Source: Candidatus Woesearchaeota archaeon (GTDB taxonomy: Archaea; Nanobdellota; Nanobdellia; Woesearchaeales; GW2011-AR15). From it: 33,328 nucleotides of DNA. The stretch lies in NCBI GenBank assembly GCA_038874655.1, contig JAVZBY010000010.1, forward strand, positions 1 to 33,328, in the 5' to 3' direction. The translations under genes were made by a program, and so were the position numbers. The notes beneath the pieces are model-generated. The model worked only from the letters and a program-made list of their open reading frames with translations. It was not told the origin of the DNA and ran no database searches. Below are positions 27,020 through 33,328 of the stretch, in pieces (position 1 is the stretch's first letter; each line of letters begins with the position of its first letter).

Positions 27020-30007
27020 ATGGAAAATAATCAAAAAAAGAATAATCAAAAAATTAATGAAAATAATAAAGAGAATATTGACAATTTTAGTAATAAAATA
27101 AAGAATATTGAACATAAATGGATAAAAAGATGGCAAGATTCAAAAATTTTTGAATCTAAACCTATTAAAGGAAAAAAGAAATTTTTCGGAACTTTTCCAT
27201 ATCCCTATGTTAATTCCTATTTGCATATAGGACATTTTTATTCTTCTATGAAGGTTGAGTCATTATCAAGATATAAGAGAATGCAAGGTTATAATGTTTT
27301 ATATGCCCAAGGATGGCATTGCACAGGAAGTCCTATAGTTAGTACTGCTAATAGAATAAAAGAGAAAGAACAAAAACAGATTAATATATTAAAAATGCAA
27401 GGATTTTCTGATGATGAAATTGAAAAATTTTCTGATCCTATTGAGTGGGTTAGATATTTCCCTAAAGAAGGAAAAAAAGATTTTACAGATATGGGTTATT
27501 CTATTGATTGGCGTCGTGAATTTATTACAACAGAATTAAATCCTCATTATGATAAATTTATAAGATGGCAATTCTCAAAATTAAAAGAAAAAGGATATGT
27601 TAAAAAAGGAAAATTTCCAGTGGTTTGGGATCCTAAGGAAAATGCTCCAGTTGGAGATCATGACAGAATTGAAGGTGAAGGTGAAACCCCTCAAGAATAT
27701 GTCTTAGTTAAGCATAGATTAATTGATGAAATGAATTTTGAAAAAAACAAAGAAAATAGTAAAAATAAAAAAAATAAATTCCTTGTTTCAGCAACTTTAA
27801 GACCTGACACAATCATGGGTGTTACAAATATTTATGTAAATCCTGATTCTGAATTAGTTGAAGCAAAAGTTATTAGTAGCAAACATAATAAAATAATAGA
27901 GGAGATTTGGATTATATCTGAAAAAACAGCGAATGAATTAAAATATCAAGATAAAAAAGTTGAGATTTTAAAAAAGATTAAAGGCTCAGAGTTAATTGGA
28001 AAAAAGGTTGAAGAATTTTCTGGAAATATTGTTTTAGTTTTGCCTGCTAATTTTGTTGATGTAAAAGTTGGAACAGGAATTGTGCATTCTGTGCCGAGTG
28101 ATTCTGCTGATGATTTAATTGCTTTATATGATATTCAAAAAAATAAAGAATTATGTGAAAAATTTAATTTGAATTATGATGAAGTTAAAAATATAAAACC
28201 TATTCAAGTAATTAAAATTCCGGGATATAGTGAAATTCCTGCAGAAGATATTATAAAAAAATTAGGCATAAAAAATCAAAGTGAAAGAGAAAAATTAGAA
28301 CAAGCAAAAGAAATTTTATATAAAGATGGTTTTTATAAAGGTACTTTGAATGATTTGTATTCAAAGAAAAATTCTAGATTCAGTAAAGATTATAATGAAA
28401 AAAAGGTTGAAGAGGTTAAAGAATTAATTAAAGATGAATTAATTAATTCTGATTTTGGAGATGTTTATTATCAATTAACTGGTAAGGTTATTGCAAGATC
28501 TTTGTCTGAATGTATTGTAAAGATTGTTGATGATCAATGGTTTATGGCTTATAGTAATAAAGAATGGAAAAAATTAGCTCATAAATGTTTAGATAGAATG
28601 AAGTTATATCCAGAAAAAACAAGAGCACAGTTTAATTATGTTTTAGATTGGCTTAGAGATTGGGCGTGCACAAGAGAATTTGGTTTAGGAACAAGATTGC
28701 CTTGGGATGAAAAATGGCTTATTGAATCTTTATCTGATTCTACAATATATATGGCATATTACACAATAGCGCATAAAATTAAGAATATTGAACCAGAAAA
28801 ATTAGACAATAATTTTTTTGATTATGTTTTTTTAGGAAAAGGTAATCCTGAAGAGATGAAAGTAGATAAAAAAATTGCTGATGAACTTAGAGAAGAATTT
28901 GAATATTGGTATCCTATGGATTTTAGAAACACTGGAAAAGATTTAATACAAAATCATATGAGTTTTTTAATTTTTAACCATGTAGCAATCTTTCCTGAAG
29001 ATAAATGGCCTGTTTCTTTTGGTTTAAATGGATGGGTTACAGTTGATGGCGAAAAGATGTCAAAAAGTAAAGGTAATTTCATAACAATGAGAGATGCTAA
29101 TAGAGAATATGGTGCAGATGCTTCAAGATTTACTGCTTTATCTGGTGGTGAAGGAATTGATGATGCAAATTTTGACAGAGAAATGGCTAAATCTATGAAA
29201 TTAAAATTATTTGCTTTAATTGATTTTGCGAGAGAATATTATAATAAGGGAAGAAGCTATAAATTAAAAATTGATGTGTGGTTTGAAAAAAAGATAGATT
29301 ATATTATTGATAAAACAACAAAATATTATGAAGATATTTTATTTAGAAGCGCTTTACAAACATGTTATTTTGAAATGCAAAATATTTTAAAATGGTATTT
29401 GAAAAGAACATTGAATAATCCTAATAAAGATTCAATTAATAGATACATAGAAACACAAGCATTGTTAATGACACCAATAACACCTTTTACTAGCGAGGAA
29501 ATTTGGGAATTAATCGGAAAATACAAAGAAAATGGTTTTATTTGTTTGTGTGAATGGCCTAAACCAAAAGATAAAATTATTGAAGACAATAGTGAAGAGT
29601 TTTTACAAAATGTTATAGAAGATATAAATTCTGTTTTAAAAATAGTAAACAAAAAACCTAATTTAATTAAATTATTTGTTGCTAATGAATGGAAATATGA
29701 TGTCTATAATATTCTAAAAAATGAAATAAATCAAACAAGAGATTTTGGTTTATTAATGAAAAAATTAATGACTAAAAATGAACTTAAAGATAATAGCAGC
29801 ACTATTACAAAAATAATTCAAAAGGTCTTAAAAAATGGATTTGATTTATATCTAAGTAAAGATGAAGAAAAAGAAATATTAAAAGAAAGTATTGAATTTT
29901 TACAAAAAGAGTTTAATTGCAAAATTGAGGTAATTGATGAAAATAATAGTAATATTGAAAAAGCAAAAAATGCTATGCCAGGAAAACCTGCTATTTTGGT
30001 TGAATGA
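27020..30007 (+). CDS. leuS: Leucine--tRNA ligase (archaeal/eukaryotic type)
   Basis: PYPYVNSYLHIGH, SIDWRREF.TT, ATLRPDT, GLGTRLPWD..WLIESLSDSTIYMAYYT, GKDLI.NH, KMSKSKGN, C-terminal AMPGKPAI; RBS GTGAT puts the start at ATG 27020. Confidence 0.97.
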   Translation: MENNQKKNNQKINENNKENIDNFSNKIKNIEHKWIKRWQDSKIFESKPIKGKKKFFGTFPYPYVNSYLHIGHFYSSMKVESLSRYKRMQGYNVLYAQGWHCTGSPIVSTANRIKEKEQKQINILKMQGFSDDEIEKFSDPIEWVRYFPKEGKKDFTDMGYSIDWRREFITTELNPHYDKFIRWQFSKLKEKGYVKKGKFPVVWDPKENAPVGDHDRIEGEGETPQEYVLVKHRLIDEMNFEKNKENSKNKKNKFLVSATLRPDTIMGVTNIYVNPDSELVEAKVISSKHNKIIEEIWIISEKTANELKYQDKKVEILKKIKGSELIGKKVEEFSGNIVLVLPANFVDVKVGTGIVHSVPSDSADDLIALYDIQKNKELCEKFNLNYDEVKNIKPIQVIKIPGYSEIPAEDIIKKLGIKNQSEREKLEQAKEILYKDGFYKGTLNDLYSKKNSRFSKDYNEKKVEEVKELIKDELINSDFGDVYYQLTGKVIARSLSECIVKIVDDQWFMAYSNKEWKKLAHKCLDRMKLYPEKTRAQFNYVLDWLRDWACTREFGLGTRLPWDEKWLIESLSDSTIYMAYYTIAHKIKNIEPEKLDNNFFDYVFLGKGNPEEMKVDKKIADELREEFEYWYPMDFRNTGKDLIQNHMSFLIFNHVAIFPEDKWPVSFGLNGWVTVDGEKMSKSKGNFITMRDANREYGADASRFTALSGGEGIDDANFDREMAKSMKLKLFALIDFAREYYNKGRSYKLKIDVWFEKKIDYIIDKTTKYYEDILFRSALQTCYFEMQNILKWYLKRTLNNPNKDSINRYIETQALLMTPITPFTSEEIWELIGKYKENGFICLCEWPKPKDKIIEDNSEEFLQNVIEDINSVLKIVNKKPNLIKLFVANEWKYDVYNILKNEINQTRDFGLLMKKLMTKNELKDNSSTITKIIQKVLKNGFDLYLSKDEEKEILKESIEFLQKEFNCKIEVIDENNSNIEKAKNAMPGKPAILVE

Positions 30008-30056
30008 AAATTAATATTAAAATAAAAATATTAATCAAAAAAATAAATATAAAAAA

Positions 30057-30485
30057 ATGAATCAAGAAGAGCATAGAAAATTTAGAAAAAAAATGTTTTT
30101 TGTTTTTGGATTAATGTTTATTTTATTTTTAATAGGAAGTATTTTTTATCATAATGTTGAAAAATGGTGTTGGATTGATTCATTTTATTTTTCTGCTGTC
30201 ACTATGACAACAGTTGGTTATGGAGATTTATATCCAAAAACAGATATAGGAAAAATTTTTTCTATATTTTATTTATTTACTTCTGTTGCAATTGCTTTAT
30301 ATGGATTAAGTGCATTTGCAACACATTTTATTGATATGAGAGAAGAGAAATGGCTTAATGATTTTACAGAATCTATGCAAAAAACAAAAAAGGTTAAAGA
30401 AATACTAAAAGAAATATTTGCAAAACCAGATAATTATAAATTGAGAAATAATACTGAAATTAAAAATAAATTATATAAAAAATAA
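30057..30485 (+). CDS. Two-TM potassium channel (KcsA-like, Ion_trans_2), no RCK domain
   Basis: DSFYFSAVTMTTVGYGDLYP selectivity filter flanked by two hydrophobic helices. Confidence 0.92.
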   Translation: MNQEEHRKFRKKMFFVFGLMFILFLIGSIFYHNVEKWCWIDSFYFSAVTMTTVGYGDLYPKTDIGKIFSIFYLFTSVAIALYGLSAFATHFIDMREEKWLNDFTESMQKTKKVKEILKEIFAKPDNYKLRNNTEIKNKLYKK

Positions 30486-30533
30486 TAAAAAAATTAAAAA
30501 ATTTTACTAAAGTCTAATTTTAAAGAAATAATT

Positions 30534-31553
30534 TTAAAGAAATTGAATTAAAAGATATAAAACACCAAACCCTAAAAAACATCCAAAAGATATAAAAGGC
30601 ATTGCTGGGTAAAATTTATCTTTCTCGCTTTTTAAAAATAAGGTAAATAAACCTATCCCAGAAAACAAAACTACTATTAATGTATAAAAAAAGGCTTGTG
30701 TTTTTGTAAAAGAATTTTCAATTAACCACGACATTACAGTGCCTGAAAATATCATTGGAAAAGCTATATCTCCTCCACCTAAGATTGCTGTTCTTGTGTT
30801 TTCTACACTTAATCCACTAGGTATTTTCATCTCAATTTTTGGTAGTTTTATATCAATATTTTTTCCTTTTTTTATTTTTTGATTAGGATTATTTTTATTA
30901 TTATTAATAACTTTATTTTTTTCTACTTTTTCTACATTTTTTTCATTTATATTATAGGGTATTAATAACCCAGCAAACATTTTTTGCTCTGCTTGTGCTT
31001 TTGCTAAAGTAATCATATGCTTTAATTTCCAAACTGCAATTGCATCATAAATAGAAATTGCTATAAGTAATAAAAAAGCTAATTGAATGTTAAAAATTGG
31101 AACTAAGATTAAGGTAATTGCTGAATAAATAAAAAGTTCTGTTAAGTTATGTATGATAATATTTGGTTTGTATAATTTTAAAAAAGTCAATATGAATGAG
31201 ATCATTAATGCTAAAATAACCTTATCTATAATTACTGATAATACTATAAAAAGAGATAGCATTATAGCTAAAAAAAACCATGCTTTCCATATTTTAAATA
31301 ACCTCATTTTAATTATAAATAAGAGTATTAAAGTTCCTAATATAATCATAAAAAAAACATAAGTAAAGGGTTGTATTGAGTTTTTATCTATTTCTGGTCT
31401 GCCTGTTGGTGGTTCAGTGTAATTAATTTCTATTAATCCCTGTTCATTTTTTTGAACTGAAAGAATACTTAGATTTAATAAATAGAGACCAATTATTTGT
31501 GCACCAAAAAACAATAACATTAGAAAAATAATAATTTTTAAACCATGTTTCAT
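30534..31553 (-). CDS. Presenilin/signal-peptide-peptidase-like intramembrane aspartyl protease (A22)
   Basis: Multiple TM helices; ISIYDAIAVW...HMITLA (YD), LGGGDIAFP (GxGD), PAMPF (PAL-like). Confidence 0.92.
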   Translation of the reverse strand: MKHGLKIIIFLMLLFFGAQIIGLYLLNLSILSVQKNEQGLIEINYTEPPTGRPEIDKNSIQPFTYVFFMIILGTLILLFIIKMRLFKIWKAWFFLAIMLSLFIVLSVIIDKVILALMISFILTFLKLYKPNIIIHNLTELFIYSAITLILVPIFNIQLAFLLLIAISIYDAIAVWKLKHMITLAKAQAEQKMFAGLLIPYNINEKNVEKVEKNKVINNNKNNPNQKIKKGKNIDIKLPKIEMKIPSGLSVENTRTAILGGGDIAFPMIFSGTVMSWLIENSFTKTQAFFYTLIVVLFSGIGLFTLFLKSEKDKFYPAMPFISFGCFLGFGVLYLLIQFL

Positions 31554-31623
31554 TCTTAAAAAAGATTAAATACTTGTTTTTAAGATTTTTCTTTTTTTAA
31601 ACTTAAAATAATATTTTTTAGAA

Positions 31624-32700
31624 TTAAATTTTTATTTCATTAAAAAATGCTTTTATTGAATCTTTTGTTTTTTTTGTTGTTTTAAAACCAGGGAATTTTT
31701 CTGCTATTGCTAAATCTTTTTCTAATTTTAAATCATCTAAATCTTTATAATAGAAATTTCCTTGTTTTAAATGATATTTTGCCAAATATTCTTGCTCTGG
31801 TTGGCCTTTTGTTGGAACAAGTAATGCTTTTTTGCCTAATTCTGCTAAATCCATTAATGTTGTATATCCAGATCTTGTTATTATTAGCTTAGATCTGTTC
31901 ATTATCTCTTGTTGTTTTTCTCTATTTAAATAACCGAAAATTTCAATATTTTTAATTTTTTTATAATAATTAGATTCTGGCTTTCCTAATGCTATAACTA
32001 TTTTTTTAGTTTTTAGTTTATGAATATTTGATAAGATTACTTTTTGGAAAACTGTTCTTTGTGGTTCAGGGCCTGAAATTGAAAAGAAATAATCTATGTC
32101 TTCATTTAAATTTTTCTTTCTTAACATTGATAAAATACCTAGGTATTTAACATCTTTTTTTGTTAGATAATTAAAATTATGTGTATATTCTCCTGCTAAT
32201 GAGTTTTTTTCAAAATCAGGAATAAGAATTTTTTTGAATTTAGTTTTTAATGCATAAAATGTTAATTCTGTAATTTTTTCTGTTGATTTAAGAACTCCGT
32301 TAAGTGAAACTTTTATATGATGGCATATTAAATAAGAGGGAATATTATTTGAATATATACCAAATCTGGTATCTGAGATAATCAAATCAAATTTTTCTTG
32401 ATTGTGTATTTTTATAAATTTTTTATGTTCATCTCTGAACTCTTTTATATACAAAGGTAGATACATAACAAATTTTGCTATTGAAACATTTTTTTCAGTA
32501 AATATCTTTTTTTGAAAAGAATAATCTGGGAGTTTTATATAATTTGCTTTTTCCTTGAATTCGTTTTTTAAAAATTCCAATGCTCTAAAATTACTTAATA
32601 TGTAAACTTTATGCCCTTTTTTTATAGTTTCATTTATTAAAGGATAACATCTTGTTGCATGTCCTAACCCATTTGAATTAATTGCAAATAGTATTTTCAT
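31624..32700 (-). CDS. GT-B glycosyltransferase (GT28/MurG-C-like)
   Basis: GLGHATRC, DLIISD, SGPEPQR, IITRSGYTTLMDL, LVPT.GQPEQEYLA. Confidence 0.88.
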   Translation of the reverse strand: MKILFAINSNGLGHATRCYPLINETIKKGHKVYILSNFRALEFLKNEFKEKANYIKLPDYSFQKKIFTEKNVSIAKFVMYLPLYIKEFRDEHKKFIKIHNQEKFDLIISDTRFGIYSNNIPSYLICHHIKVSLNGVLKSTEKITELTFYALKTKFKKILIPDFEKNSLAGEYTHNFNYLTKKDVKYLGILSMLRKKNLNEDIDYFFSISGPEPQRTVFQKVILSNIHKLKTKKIVIALGKPESNYYKKIKNIEIFGYLNREKQQEIMNRSKLIITRSGYTTLMDLAELGKKALLVPTKGQPEQEYLAKYHLKQGNFYYKDLDDLKLEKDLAIAEKFPGFKTTKKTKDSIKAFFNEIKI

Positions 32701-32760
32701 TTTATAAGTTATGAAAGCAAACTAAATAGATATATTTTAATTTTTTATATTTTAATTTTT

Positions 32761-33327
32761 TTAAAATTTACCAAATTCATAATCTATTTTTTTATTTGTT
32801 CCTAAAAGCATATTCATCTCTGCTTGGAAATATTTTTTTATTAAATTATATCTGCCTTCCATTGTCAATCTTCTTACACTAACATATATAAATGTTGATT
32901 TTAATATTTTAAGTTTGGAATATTTTGATGCTCTTTTAACAAAATCATGGTCTTCTGAAAGCTTTTTTTTATTATTAAATCCTTTTATTTTATTGAATAG
33001 AGATTTTTTCACTAAAATACAAAAACCTGGTGCATGTGGATATATATTTGAAGTTGTTATAACAAAAATATTAGCTATTTCATGTAATATTTTATCAATT
33101 TTTAAAGTTGATAATGGCTTAATTTTACATGTTGCTAATTTTATTTTTCTGTAATTTAATTCTGAGTAAGCATTTTTTAAAAAGTTTTTAGGTAATTTTA
33201 CATCAGCATCAAAGAAAAATAAAAATTCACCTTTTGCTATTTTAGCACCATTGTTTCTTGCAACAGAAGGAATGCCTCCTTTTGTTATTTTACAATTATG
33301 TTTTTTTGCTATTTGAATAGTTTTGTC
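32761..33327 (-). CDS. Family 2 glycosyltransferase, 5' end outside window
   Basis: Frame is open from the window edge: DKTIQIAK...ARNNGAKIAKGEFLFFFDADV...GF......SEDHDF...VSVRR. The track's 83-aa ORF is only the C-terminal part. Confidence 0.88.
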   Translation of the reverse strand, partial: DKTIQIAKKHNCKITKGGIPSVARNNGAKIAKGEFLFFFDADVKLPKNFLKNAYSELNYRKIKLATCKIKPLSTLKIDKILHEIANIFVITTSNIYPHAPGFCILVKKSLFNKIKGFNNKKKLSEDHDFVKRASKYSKLKILKSTFIYVSVRRLTMEGRYNLIKKYFQAEMNMLLGTNKKIDYEFGKF

Positions 33328-33328
33328 T

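Noticed and set aside
3422-33154. Short antisense or overlapping ORFs in the track (e.g. 3422-3673, 9862-10179, 10420-10833, 25100-25435, 29365-29652, 32915-33154)
   Set aside because: Shadow ORFs opposite well-supported genes, with no motifs or expression signals.

Overview
Very AT-rich archaeal chromosomal DNA. Archaeal BRE/TATA promoters, GGTGAT-type ribosome-binding sites, Nop5-fibrillarin, the RFC large subunit, archaeal/eukaryotic-type GlyRS and LeuRS, an XPD helicase and a presenilin-like protease together point to a DPANN archaeon, probably Woesearchaeota-like (taxonomy is inference). The first 11.4 kb encode a 5'-truncated giant surface protein of more than 3300 aa (Ig-like stalk, LamG, DUF2341-like and Gly-rich modules), translationally coupled to a membrane-anchored partner. 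The rest is mostly housekeeping. The most notable observations are: (1) a GC-rich multi-hairpin non-coding element (about 21685-21870) downstream of a small hypothetical gene, whose C-rich loop motif CCCACCCCCTC recurs downstream of an unannotated 30-aa ORF at 16783-16875, with both units driven by near-identical promoters carrying operator-like repeats; (2) patchwork nucleotide identity and nested domain insertions in the giant protein; (3) an otherwise intact XPD gene broken by one -1 frameshift; (4) a radical SAM-HhH protein with a C-terminal PIP-box and tandem palindromic operators; (5) a LeuRS with eukaryote-like signature motifs. No rRNA, tRNA, CRISPR array, transposase or reverse transcriptase was recognised. 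All product calls come from motif recognition; no searches were run.
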